Made by a program: the position numbers and the translations under genes. The notes under the pieces are model-generated. The model worked only from the letters and a program-made list of their open reading frames with translations. It ran no database searches and had not been told where the DNA came from. 64,000 nt of DNA from Muribaculaceae bacterium Zag1. Its GTDB lineage: Bacteria > Bacteroidota > Bacteroidia > Bacteroidales > Muribaculaceae. The stretch spans positions 773 to 64,772 of the forward strand of contig NWBJ01000030.1 of NCBI GenBank assembly GCA_002633115.1. The letters are read 5' to 3'. Shown here in pieces: positions 47,383-57,145 of the stretch (its first letter is position 1; each line of letters starts with the position of its first letter).

Positions 47383-48120
47383 ATGAAAGCGATGATATTT
47401 GCCGCCGGACTTGGCACCCGGTTGAAACCCTTTACTCTCCACCACCCCAAGGCTATGGCCGAGGTTGGTGGAGTACCTATGCTTGAGCGTGTGATGAGAA
47501 AATTCATTGACTGCGGGGTTGACGAATTGGTGGTCAATGTCCATCATTTCTCACAGCAAATCATTGACTTCATCCACGCTCATGAGCCTTGGGGTGTACC
47601 CATCCATATCAGCGACGAATCCTCAGAATTGCTCGACACCGGCGGTGGCATCTTGGCTGCTCGCCGATGGCTCGACGGCGATGAGCCTTTCTTTGTACAC
47701 AATGCTGACATTCTCACCGACTTCCCGCTCGATGAGATGTGGAGAGCGCACCTTGCCTCAGAGCCACTTGCGACATTATTAGTCGCCCATCGCTCTACCT
47801 CGCGCTATTTGCTCATGGATTCAGAGATGAGGATGCGAGGCTGGACTAACCAAAAGACTGGCCAAGTGCTACCAGCCGACTTGCCGCTCTCTGGGCTTGA
47901 GCCCTGGGCCTTTGGCGGCGTGCATATCCTTTCGCCTCGGGTATTTACAAAACTAAAGGAATACGCAGCCGACAGTCGCGTATTCCCTATTATGCCTTTT
48001 TACATCGACGAGTGTCATGTTGAGACTATCCAGGGCTATTGCCCCACTGCAGTTTATCGCTGGCATGATATCGGCAATCCCGATAGCTTAGCAAGAGTCC
48101 AACTCGATTTCTGTCCTTAA
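47383..48120 (+). CDS. Sugar-1-phosphate nucleotidyltransferase (MurU-like)
   Basis: MKAMIFAAGLGTRLKP, LLDTGGG, NADI, WHDIG; 1 nt after the kinase stop. Confidence 0.8.
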   Translation: MKAMIFAAGLGTRLKPFTLHHPKAMAEVGGVPMLERVMRKFIDCGVDELVVNVHHFSQQIIDFIHAHEPWGVPIHISDESSELLDTGGGILAARRWLDGDEPFFVHNADILTDFPLDEMWRAHLASEPLATLLVAHRSTSRYLLMDSEMRMRGWTNQKTGQVLPADLPLSGLEPWAFGGVHILSPRVFTKLKEYAADSRVFPIMPFYIDECHVETIQGYCPTAVYRWHDIGNPDSLARVQLDFCP

Positions 48121-48693
48121 TCATTTGTGGCGACGCATCATCTGATTGACTCGAGCCTGTACGCGTGGGTACTTGTCGCCCAGTTTCTGCTTGCGCACCT
48201 TGCCGTTGCCATAATTACCCTTGATGGTCTTCTTTGCCAATACATCAATGTCGGCATTGCTGGCCTGAGCTGATGCGGCGTTGCCTCCGGCTTTAAGTCC
48301 GCGAGCGGCTTTACCAGTCGGGATAGCAGCGGCAGCCTTGTCGCCATCTTCTGGATTTGCTTGGGATTCATCTTCAGTGCCTTCGGCCGGGACATAGAGC
48401 GGATCAGCAGTAGGCGCAGTCACGGCTCCGTCAGGCGTCTCATTATTTATTGGCACAATCACCTCTTCTGAGTTAGCAGATGGCAGGCAAACCCACCACC
48501 AGATAAATCCAATCACAATCACAGCCAGGATTACCCATAGCCACCAATATGAGCGGTTAGGGGTTATGGCTTCCTCAACCAGAGGTTCCGGTATTGGTTG
48601 TTGATTATTGTCAGAAGCATTGGCATTCTGTTGGTCCTGAGGTTTTGGTTTCTCAGAGCCATCCTTTTTGGTGTTTTTCTTTTCTTCAGCCAT
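48121..48693 (-). CDS. Single-pass membrane protein with C-terminal CW_7 (Cpl-7-type) cell-wall-binding repeat
   Basis: TM helix WWLWVILAVIVIGFIWWW; LAKKTIKGNYGNGKVRKQKLGDKYPRVQARVNQ fits the CW_7 pattern. Confidence 0.7.
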   Translation of the reverse strand: MAEEKKNTKKDGSEKPKPQDQQNANASDNNQQPIPEPLVEEAITPNRSYWWLWVILAVIVIGFIWWWVCLPSANSEEVIVPINNETPDGAVTAPTADPLYVPAEGTEDESQANPEDGDKAAAAIPTGKAARGLKAGGNAASAQASNADIDVLAKKTIKGNYGNGKVRKQKLGDKYPRVQARVNQMMRRHK

Positions 48694-48839
48694 AGTAGTA
48701 AAGATTAAAATTCATTCCTCTGTATAATATATGTTGAACCCCCTCAATGACTGAGAGGTTAACGTGTGTCTTTATATAAAGAACGTCAGAGGAACAGAGA
48801 AGTTCACTGTCAATGGCTGTTTCTCAACGCCTAACGTGC

Positions 48840-49244
48840 TTATTTAGAGAAGAAGAAGAACACTGCCGCCCACTCCATCGGCACTCCCCGAGCGGTGCCC
48901 AATTCGCGGCATTGGGCATCCATGACAGTGCCGTCTTGCTTGACCCGACCCAACACTTGACAGCGGCTATTCTCGACATAGCCGTCTGATTTTATGCGAC
49001 CCACCGTCTGGTATTGCGCATTCTGCACATATCCGCTGCTGGTGATGCGGCCAATGGGCTGCAACTCGGCATTCTTGATAATACCGCTACTGTCAATCCA
49101 CCCTATCACTCGCATCTGGGCATCTTGTATCTGGCCGTCAGACTTGACATAAGCCACCACCCGGCACTCATCATTGGTGATATACTGGGCCTGCAGCGGG
49201 AGCCATAATAAAATGGCTATCAATATGAATAAGTATTTTTTCAT
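48840..49244 (-). CDS. Secreted protein with six 17-aa repeats (beta-flower-like)
   Basis: Signal peptide; repeats such as YVQNAQYQTVGRIKSDG; hydrophobic C-terminus. Confidence 0.7.
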   Translation of the reverse strand: MKKYLFILIAILLWLPLQAQYITNDECRVVAYVKSDGQIQDAQMRVIGWIDSSGIIKNAELQPIGRITSSGYVQNAQYQTVGRIKSDGYVENSRCQVLGRVKQDGTVMDAQCRELGTARGVPMEWAAVFFFFSK

Positions 49245-49248
49245 GGCT

Positions 49249-50697
49249 TTACAATATAGGGCTTAACAATCTCACAATCGATTCACCGGCTTTCTTGGCA
49301 ATCGGGCGCTTCTTCCATTCCGACAGGTACAGGCGTGTGGATTGCTGCAGGTCTTGCTGGAATATTTTTGCCATCTCGTCATTGACAGCAGTGGAATAGA
49401 TCTGCATATTGGCCTCGAAGTTATGCTCAAAGCTGCGGAAATCGAAATTAGTGCTGCCTATGCTCACAAACTCATCATCGACCACCATTGTCTTGGCGTG
49501 GAGCATGCCAGCCTCATAGAGATACATCTTCACACCGGACTGCAGACATTCCACCACATACGAGTGAGAGGCAGCATCAAGCATGCGCGAATCGCTGCGC
49601 CTCGGTATCATCACCCTCACATCCACGCCCGAGAGAGCTGCGGTTTGCAAAGCCTTGAGCAAACCCTCGGTGGGCAGGAAATAGGGCGTCTGCAGAAACA
49701 CTCGGCGCTTGGAATTGGCAATGGCTTTGATAAACAGCATGGCTATGTTGGTCCATTGCGAGGTTGGGCCCGAGGTGAGGAGCTGCATGCCATCGATGCC
49801 GCACACCTCAGCCTCTTGGGCATTGACTGAATCCTCAATCAATGGCTGTCCCATAAAGTTCCAGTCGACTATGAATGAGAATTGCAAACCACCCACGGCT
49901 GGACCCTCGACACGGATATGGGTGTCGCGCCATGTCTTGAAAGCCTTGCCGCCGTCGATGTATCGGTCGGCAATGTTCATGCCGCCGATGTATCCTACGC
50001 GGCCATCGATAATGCAAATCTTGCGGTGATTGCGCCAGTTGATGCGAGTGCCGAATGGCGGAAAAGCCACGCGGAAGAATGGATAGGCTTGCACACCGGC
50101 CTGCTTCAGTTCCTTGAAGAACGAGCCCTTGGTGCCAAACGACCCCACATGGTCATATATCAGCCTTACGGTCACGCCCGCACGAGCCTTCTCGACCAAT
50201 ATATCCTTGATCTGGCAGCCAATCTTATCATCAGTCACAATATAGTATTGCATATTGATGAATTTGCTGGCGCTCTTCAAATCGCGCTTCAGAGCATCAA
50301 ATTTATCTTGACCGTTGGTGAATACTCGAGTGGTATTGCCCGGGTAGTAAATGGCGCCGTTGAGGGTGCGCGACAGCTGTATTTGCTGCAGCGATTCTTT
50401 GGATAGGCCCAAGCGATCGAATTTCACTTTTTTGAAGGATTCGCGGCGACGCAGCTTGCGACGATTGCGCCGCGAAATCATGCGCGTGTTCTTGATGCTG
50501 CGTCCAAAAAACAGGTACAACACCAGTCCCAACACTGGCAAGAGCAATAGCACTGTCACCCATGCCAATGATTTAACTGGGCTGCGATTTTCAGACAATA
50601 TCACCCCGATAGTGCCGATTGTGGTTATGACATATAGCCAAAACAGCACCACGTAGACCCAATAGAGATTTATATATCCAACCAAAGAAAGAAACAT
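49249..50697 (-). CDS. cls: Cardiolipin synthase
   Basis: N-terminal TM pair; two HKD motifs (NHRKICIID, LHAKTMVVD). Confidence 0.93.
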   Translation of the reverse strand: MFLSLVGYINLYWVYVVLFWLYVITTIGTIGVILSENRSPVKSLAWVTVLLLLPVLGLVLYLFFGRSIKNTRMISRRNRRKLRRRESFKKVKFDRLGLSKESLQQIQLSRTLNGAIYYPGNTTRVFTNGQDKFDALKRDLKSASKFINMQYYIVTDDKIGCQIKDILVEKARAGVTVRLIYDHVGSFGTKGSFFKELKQAGVQAYPFFRVAFPPFGTRINWRNHRKICIIDGRVGYIGGMNIADRYIDGGKAFKTWRDTHIRVEGPAVGGLQFSFIVDWNFMGQPLIEDSVNAQEAEVCGIDGMQLLTSGPTSQWTNIAMLFIKAIANSKRRVFLQTPYFLPTEGLLKALQTAALSGVDVRVMIPRRSDSRMLDAASHSYVVECLQSGVKMYLYEAGMLHAKTMVVDDEFVSIGSTNFDFRSFEHNFEANMQIYSTAVNDEMAKIFQQDLQQSTRLYLSEWKKRPIAKKAGESIVRLLSPIL

Positions 50698-50773
50698 GTT
50701 GCAAATTACGAAGAATAATCGGGAAAACCAACAATTAAGCGTAATTTAACTCACTTCCTCCAATTTTTCCCTC

Positions 50774-51274
50774 TTATAAGATAAGTTGCATCACTAGTGC
50801 ATCGTCATAACCGGTGCCTTGGCGAACCCACGAGCGCAAGCATCCGCTCACGCCGAAGCCCACTTGTTTGAACAGCGCCACCGACCCCTCATTGCTTTTT
50901 GCCACGATAGCCGCCAGCTGATGCAGAGCCAAAGATTCTCGGCTGAATTGCACAGCCTGTTCCATTGCCTCCACGCCGTATCCCTGGCCTCGGTATCTCT
51001 TGTCTATGCCAATGCCAATCATGGCGCGGCGATTCACTGGGTCGTAATCGCTCCAGTCTATTGCCCCTATCCTTTCGCCATCGACATTCTCAATCACCAA
51101 TCGCAATTGCCGATCGCGAGATATCTCAGGAGTGTAATTTGACAAGTAATCCCACAGCAATTGCCGCGACATGGGACATTCGCCCCACGACACGCGCCTT
51201 ACGTCGGGGTCATTCTCCAATCGATAAAGGAAGTCAAGGTCTGAGGGCTCGGGAGCCCTTAATTGCGTCTTCAT
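50774..51274 (-). CDS. GNAT acetyltransferase (RimJ/SpeG-like)
   Basis: YRGQGYG acetyl-CoA motif, NEGSVALF..GF. Confidence 0.85.
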   Translation of the reverse strand: MKTQLRAPEPSDLDFLYRLENDPDVRRVSWGECPMSRQLLWDYLSNYTPEISRDRQLRLVIENVDGERIGAIDWSDYDPVNRRAMIGIGIDKRYRGQGYGVEAMEQAVQFSRESLALHQLAAIVAKSNEGSVALFKQVGFGVSGCLRSWVRQGTGYDDALVMQLIL

Positions 51275-51277
51275 AGC

Positions 51278-51907
51278 TCAATGTTGAAATGAGTCGGTAA
51301 ACAATGTGCGATTGACCAGCGAGCGGCCAAGAGTGATTTCGTCGGTGTATTCAATCTCGTTGCCAACCGAGACCCCTCGCGCCAGCTGGGTAATCTTTAC
51401 GGGCAATCCCTCAAGGCGTCGATAGATATAATAGTTGGTGGTGTCACCCTCCATTGTCGCACCCAGAGCCAGAATCACCTCTTCGATTCCACCCTTTCTG
51501 ACTCTCTCCACCAGCGAATCAATCTGCAAGCGGTCTGGACCAATTCCATCTACAGGCGAAATCACTCCGCCGAGCACATGGTATAGGCCCTGGTATTGGG
51601 CCGTGCGCTCAAAGCTCATCACATCCTTGACAGTCTCGACCACGCACACAATCGATGGGTCGCGCTGGGGCGAGGAGCAGATGGGGCAAATGTCGCTCTG
51701 GCTGATGTTGTGGCAAATCCGGCAATAGCGGATGCCATGGCGCATATTGATCAGCGAATTGCCCAAAGCATCCGCCGCGCTCTCGTCTTGCCGCAGCAAG
51801 TGCAGAGCCAAGCGTAAGGCTGTCTTGCGTCCTATGCCCGGCAGACGCGACAATTGAGTCACAGCCTCCTCGAGTAGTTGAGATGTGAATTCTTGATCTG
51901 TCACCAT
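51278..51907 (-). CDS. recR: Recombination mediator RecR
   Basis: [10 protein letters not shown]4 zinc finger, YHVLGG.ISP, TOPRIM. Confidence 0.97.
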   Translation of the reverse strand: MVTDQEFTSQLLEEAVTQLSRLPGIGRKTALRLALHLLRQDESAADALGNSLINMRHGIRYCRICHNISQSDICPICSSPQRDPSIVCVVETVKDVMSFERTAQYQGLYHVLGGVISPVDGIGPDRLQIDSLVERVRKGGIEEVILALGATMEGDTTNYYIYRRLEGLPVKITQLARGVSVGNEIEYTDEITLGRSLVNRTLFTDSFQH

Positions 51908-52953
51908 ATATCGAATCTGTATCCAACAGTAATTGAACCTGAGATTGAGGCGTTCTCAAAAGTCGAATCCTTATCATACACGATGTTGAAATTCATATCG
52001 CCTATGAATCCGGCAAACCAGCGCTTATGATTCCAGACCACCGACAACTTGAGCACATTGGCCATAGCGAAGGTGCTCTTCTCTACATCGGTGTTGATGT
52101 AACCCTTTCGTATTCCCACAATCGGAGATTCCGACACGCCCATCAGCCAATGCGGCGCAAAGGCCCAGTTGTAGCCGTAGCCGAATTTGATGGTATAGTT
52201 GCGGCTGCGAGCACGGTAGGTGTAGTCAGTCCAGGTAAGCGGTATCGCCTCTTTGATATAGTCAGGCAATTCGTTGAAATCAAAGTTGTATTTGTGTCTG
52301 TAATATGAAAATCCCAGAAACCACGAGCCATGGCTCTTGATCTGAATGCGGCTGAAGTTGAACGCCGCAGTCTGGGAATATCTCTTATGGTCAAAGAAAT
52401 AGTAGAGGTCAAACGTCAGCGACGAGGTCTCTACCCCATTGAAATCAAGGTGTGGATTCATGGTGTCGCCACGCGGCCCGAATTTGGATATGCGAGTACC
52501 TACCTTGTTGTCGATGTAGTTGAGATTGACGGTGAAGAGGCTGCAGTTGAACCCGTAGGCGAATTGCTGCCTCGCATTGTCGCTGCCCCCGAATAGGTGG
52601 CTAAAGCTCTTGTCGTAACCAACCGACACAGCCAGATAGGTAAGCCAAAGACCGGCCGAGGTGCTCGGCTTTGAAATCATGCGCATGCGCATGTTGTCGG
52701 GCATGTCAAAATTGTAGTAGTCAATCCAGCTGTCGTTCTTTTCCTTGATGTTGAATTTGTAGCCAGCACCTGTGACGTATTCAGTATCATAGCCGTTGAA
52801 GAACTGGTCGCCCCAACGGTACACATTGATGCAAAATCTCGGAAACTTGCCCCACTCAGCGATTGAATCCAGAGCAAACGATATGGCATGCCCAGAAAGG
52901 CTTGCACTCAGTGCAAACGCTATCAGTATTATTAGTCGGCGTATCTGTGGCAT
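51901..52953 (-). CDS. DUF4421-like outer-membrane protein
   Basis: Signal peptide, beta-strand pattern, ends VGYRFDIW; -7 box at 52990-52997. Confidence 0.55.
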   Translation of the reverse strand: MPQIRRLIILIAFALSASLSGHAISFALDSIAEWGKFPRFCINVYRWGDQFFNGYDTEYVTGAGYKFNIKEKNDSWIDYYNFDMPDNMRMRMISKPSTSAGLWLTYLAVSVGYDKSFSHLFGGSDNARQQFAYGFNCSLFTVNLNYIDNKVGTRISKFGPRGDTMNPHLDFNGVETSSLTFDLYYFFDHKRYSQTAAFNFSRIQIKSHGSWFLGFSYYRHKYNFDFNELPDYIKEAIPLTWTDYTYRARSRNYTIKFGYGYNWAFAPHWLMGVSESPIVGIRKGYINTDVEKSTFAMANVLKLSVVWNHKRWFAGFIGDMNFNIVYDKDSTFENASISGSITVGYRFDIW

Positions 52954-53212
52954 GCTCTATGTTAAAACTCAAGGGTCTGAAATTTTCTGCAAAATTAGCG
53001 AATTATTTAATAATATAACCAACACTCGTTGAAAAAAGTTGAAATTGGCAATTCTTCCTCCCTTTCGGGTCAGTCTGAATAGTCATGTTTTAGTATATTT
53101 TACGCAATAAGTAGGGAATTTTGCAAAGTCGAATTTGTGGGTTATGGAAAAAGTTAGTAAATTTGCAAATCTAATTGCAAGAACTTGTAAACAATACTTA
53201 ATTGCCATTGCG

Positions 53213-54166
53213 ATGGAACTTACAGTAATCCTACTCGGGGCCCTTCTCCTCGCCCTTATATGCGTCTTCTTCTACTATTGCCCATTCTTCCTATGGATTT
53301 CGGCTCGCGTCAGCGGTGTCAAGATATCATTGGTTCAGCTCGTGCTAATGCGCATTCGCAAGGTGCCGGCATCGGTAATCGTGCGTGCACTGATCGAGGC
53401 TCACAAGGCTGGCCTCACCGATGTCAACCGCGATTCGCTCGAGGCCCACTATCTGGCCGGTGGAAATGTCGAAAAGGTGGTACACGCCTTGGTCTCGGCC
53501 TCAAAAGCCAACATCGACTTGGGGTTCAAGATGGCTACCGCTATCGACCTGGCTGGCCGCGATGTGTTCCAAGCCGTACAGATGAGCGTTAATCCCAAGG
53601 TCATCGACACTCCCCCAGTCACAGCCGTTGCCAAAGACGGCATCCAGCTAATCGCTAAGGCTCGCGTCACCGTGCGCGCCAACATACGCCAACTCGTAGG
53701 CGGTGCCGGAGAGGATACAGTGCTGGCCCGCGTAGGCGAAGGCATCGTGTCATCAATCGGTTCGGCCGAGAGCCACAAGCAGGTGCTTGAGAATCCGGAT
53801 TCAATCTCCAAGCTGGTGCTCAAAAAGGGCCTCGACTCTGGCACCGCTTTTGAGATTCTCTCAATAGACATCGCCGACATCGACATTGGCAAGAACATCG
53901 GCGCTGCCCTGCAAATCGACCAAGCCGAGGCCGACAAGAATATCGCCCAAGCCCGCGCCGAGGAGCGCCGCGCTATGGCTATCGCACTTGAGCAGGAGAT
54001 GAAGGCTCGCGCCGAGGAGGCCCGCGCCAACGTAATTCAAGCCGAGGCCGAACTCCCCAAGGCAATGGCCGAGGCTTTCCTGAAAGGCAATCTCGGCGTC
54101 ATGGACTACTACCGCATACGCAATGTGCAAGCTGACACCGACATGCGCAATTCCCTATCGAAATAA
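53213..54166 (+). CDS. floA: Flotillin-like protein FloA (UPF0365/YqfA)
   Basis: [38 protein letters not shown]; -7 box at 53158-53165 favours the ATG at 53213. Confidence 0.92.
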   Translation: MELTVILLGALLLALICVFFYYCPFFLWISARVSGVKISLVQLVLMRIRKVPASVIVRALIEAHKAGLTDVNRDSLEAHYLAGGNVEKVVHALVSASKANIDLGFKMATAIDLAGRDVFQAVQMSVNPKVIDTPPVTAVAKDGIQLIAKARVTVRANIRQLVGGAGEDTVLARVGEGIVSSIGSAESHKQVLENPDSISKLVLKKGLDSGTAFEILSIDIADIDIGKNIGAALQIDQAEADKNIAQARAEERRAMAIALEQEMKARAEEARANVIQAEAELPKAMAEAFLKGNLGVMDYYRIRNVQADTDMRNSLSK

Positions 54167-54178
54167 AGACTCAAGCCA

Positions 54179-55000
54179 ATGGACATCATTTCTGAGATAG
54201 GCTACTCGCGCAATTACGCCCTGCATACCCACACCCAATTCTGCGACGGCCATGCGCCCATGGAGGAATTTGCGGCCATGGCCAATCGCCTTGGGTTCAC
54301 CCACTACGGTTTCTCTCCCCACTCGCCGATTCCTATCCAATCGCCTTGCAATATGCGGCAAGAAGATGTGCTTCCCTATCTGGCCGAGGTTGACAGGCTC
54401 CAAGCCAAGTATCCCGACATCAAATTCTACGCCTCGATGGAGATTGACTATCTTGACCCTGAGTGGGGTCCGTCAACTCCCTATTTCTCTCGCTTGCCAC
54501 TCGACTATCGCATCGGTTCGGTGCATTTCATCCCCAACCAAGAGGGCGAATACATCGACATCGATGGGCGCTTTGAGAGATTCAAGAGGAATCTGAGCGA
54601 GAAATCCCATGATGACCTGCGCTACGTGGTTGATACCTTCTTCGCTCAGTCGCATGCCATGGTCGAGGCTGGCGGTTTCGACATCATCGGCCACCTCGAT
54701 AAGATAAAACACAATGCCGGCTTGGCTCATCCCGGTCTGGAAAATGAGGAATGGTACTCCAAACTGGCCAACGACCTAATAGACCATGTGCTCGAAAAGA
54801 AATACATCATTGAGATCAACACCAAGGCTTGGAAGGAGCATCAGCAAATGTTCCCCAGCCAACGCCACTGGCGCCGTCTGCTGGAGGCTGGTGCGCCAAT
54901 CGTGGTCAACAGTGATGCCCACTATCCCGCATTAATCAATGCGTCAAGAAAAGAAACACTTGCTGCGCTCGACTATCTGCGCAGCAAAAGCATATCCTAA
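54179..55000 (+). CDS. PHP-family histidinol-phosphatase (HisK type)
   Basis: LHTHTQFCDG, SPHSP, GSVH, GHLD, NSDAH. Confidence 0.8.
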   Translation: MDIISEIGYSRNYALHTHTQFCDGHAPMEEFAAMANRLGFTHYGFSPHSPIPIQSPCNMRQEDVLPYLAEVDRLQAKYPDIKFYASMEIDYLDPEWGPSTPYFSRLPLDYRIGSVHFIPNQEGEYIDIDGRFERFKRNLSEKSHDDLRYVVDTFFAQSHAMVEAGGFDIIGHLDKIKHNAGLAHPGLENEEWYSKLANDLIDHVLEKKYIIEINTKAWKEHQQMFPSQRHWRRLLEAGAPIVVNSDAHYPALINASRKETLAALDYLRSKSIS

Positions 55001-55027
55001 ATAACCAAACAAAACTAAAAATCTAAG

Positions 55028-57022
55028 ATGAAGGCTAATTTGAGTAAGCTTATCAAGCTCGACAGAATTCCTGAGCGCTATTACGCCCCCGCCAACGAGG
55101 TGGAGAAGGCAGCCCTCAGCCGTGAAGAAAAAATCACCGTAGATATCTTTGAATCTGTCGTTGATGGCGCCCGCATCGAGGCTGAGCGCATAGCCAAATT
55201 GATCAACCATGCCGTTGAAGCCAAGGGCAAATGCGTGCTCGCTCTCGGCGCTGGCAATGGCACCCACAGCGTATACCAATCGCTGATCGAACTCAATCGT
55301 CGCGGCAAGGTCAGCTTCCGAAATGTCATTGTGTTCAACATCAGTGAATTCTACCCCACTGGCGAGGGAATGCCCAGCACCCTGCAGCGCCTCCACACCC
55401 TGCTGCTTGACCATGTTGACATCCCAGCCTACAATATACACAGCATCAACACCAATGTATCGCGCGAGGAAATCTATCAGGTGTGCAAGGACTACGAGTT
55501 GGACATCAACCGCGCCGGAGGCATCGACTTGTTGGTTTGCGAAATTGGTCCTCAAGGAGCATTGGCCTTCAACGAACCCGGCACAAAATACGGCAGCGGA
55601 TGCCGCTTGGTGCTGCTTGGCAATCAGCTGCGCCATCAGGTAGCCAGCGACTACAAGTGCGAAGAGGCCCCCACCACAGCCGTGACCCTCGGCATCTCCG
55701 ACATCATGCAGTCTCGCAACATCGCCGCTATGGCTTGGGGCGAAAATACTGCAAAGGTTGTGGCCATGGCTATCGAGGGCCCCGTCACCGATGCCCTGCC
55801 AGCATCATATCTCCAAACCCACGCCCACGCTACCGTTATAATCGACCTCGCTGCCGCTGACGACCTGACCCGCATCAGCGAACCCTGGAAGGTTACATCA
55901 TGCGAGTGGACCGACAAGCTCACCCGCCGCGCCATCGTATGGCTCTGCAAGATGACTGGCAAGCCAATCCTCAAGCTCACCGACCGCGACTACAATGATT
56001 GGGGCTTGGGCGAATTGCTTGCAATCTACGGCAGCGCCTACAATGTCAACATCAAGATTTTCAACGACCTGCAGCATACCATCACCGGTTGGCCGGGCGG
56101 CAAACCCAATGCCGACGATTCTACTCGTCCCGAGCGCGCCAACCCTTATCCCAAGCGTGTGATTGTATTCTCACCCCACCCCGACGACGATGTGATCTCG
56201 ATGGGCGGCACTCTCAAGCGTCTGGTTGACCAAGGCCATGACGTGCATGTGGCTTACGAGACCTCAGGCAACATCGCCGTTGGCGACGAGGACATGATGC
56301 GCTATGTGATGGTGATGGACGGCATCGCCAAGGATTTCGGCTTTGACACCCCAACATTTGAGGAGAAGAGCAAAGAAATCAAGGAATACGTGCATGACAA
56401 GAAGGCCGACGACATGGACTCGGCTGATATCCGCCAACTCAAGACTGTGATTCGCCAATGCGAGGCCCGCACCGCTTGCAACTACATCGGTGTCAAAAAG
56501 GATCATGTGCACTTCCTGCGTCTGCCGTTCTACGAGACCGGAGCTGTCAAGAAAGGCGACCTCGAGCAACGCGACATCGATATCGTAAAGAAACTGTTGA
56601 TGGATGTCAAGCCCAACGAGGTGTTTGTGGCTGGCGACCTGGCCGACCCGCACGGCACCCACCGCGTATGTCTTGACGCTGTGCTCGCCGCCCTCGATGA
56701 GCTCCAAGATGAGCCCTGGCTCAAGGAGTGCTATGTGTGGATGTACCGCGGCGCTTGGGCAGAATGGGAAATCGACCACATCGAGATGGCCGTGCCTATC
56801 AGCCCCGAGGAACTCAGATTCAAACGCAACTCAATCCTCAAGCACCAGTCGCAGATGGAGAATGCTCCCTATCTCGGTGACGACGACCGCCTGTTCTGGC
56901 AGCGCTCTGAGGAACGCAACCGCGCAACAGCCAAACTGTATGAGGATCTGGGACTTGCGGCCTACGAGGCAATCGAGGCTTTTGTGCGTTTCCGCCAGTA
57001 CAATGAGCCCGACCAACATTAA
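55028..57022 (+). CDS. Long glucosamine-6-P deaminase-like protein with C-terminal PIG-L/LmbE deacetylase domain
   Basis: NagB fold (AFNEPG, PASYLQ.H); SPHPDDD and DPHGTH deacetylase motifs. Confidence 0.88.
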   Translation: MKANLSKLIKLDRIPERYYAPANEVEKAALSREEKITVDIFESVVDGARIEAERIAKLINHAVEAKGKCVLALGAGNGTHSVYQSLIELNRRGKVSFRNVIVFNISEFYPTGEGMPSTLQRLHTLLLDHVDIPAYNIHSINTNVSREEIYQVCKDYELDINRAGGIDLLVCEIGPQGALAFNEPGTKYGSGCRLVLLGNQLRHQVASDYKCEEAPTTAVTLGISDIMQSRNIAAMAWGENTAKVVAMAIEGPVTDALPASYLQTHAHATVIIDLAAADDLTRISEPWKVTSCEWTDKLTRRAIVWLCKMTGKPILKLTDRDYNDWGLGELLAIYGSAYNVNIKIFNDLQHTITGWPGGKPNADDSTRPERANPYPKRVIVFSPHPDDDVISMGGTLKRLVDQGHDVHVAYETSGNIAVGDEDMMRYVMVMDGIAKDFGFDTPTFEEKSKEIKEYVHDKKADDMDSADIRQLKTVIRQCEARTACNYIGVKKDHVHFLRLPFYETGAVKKGDLEQRDIDIVKKLLMDVKPNEVFVAGDLADPHGTHRVCLDAVLAALDELQDEPWLKECYVWMYRGAWAEWEIDHIEMAVPISPEELRFKRNSILKHQSQMENAPYLGDDDRLFWQRSEERNRATAKLYEDLGLAAYEAIEAFVRFRQYNEPDQH

Positions 57023-57145
57023 TCGTGAATTTTTTATCGGTTTCGTTGGGAAATGCCGTTTTTATTCACTAATTTTGCACCGAGTTTATTTTAGACCCTA
57101 AAAATCTAAGATACACTATCAGTATTTAACCTTACTTTATACGAC

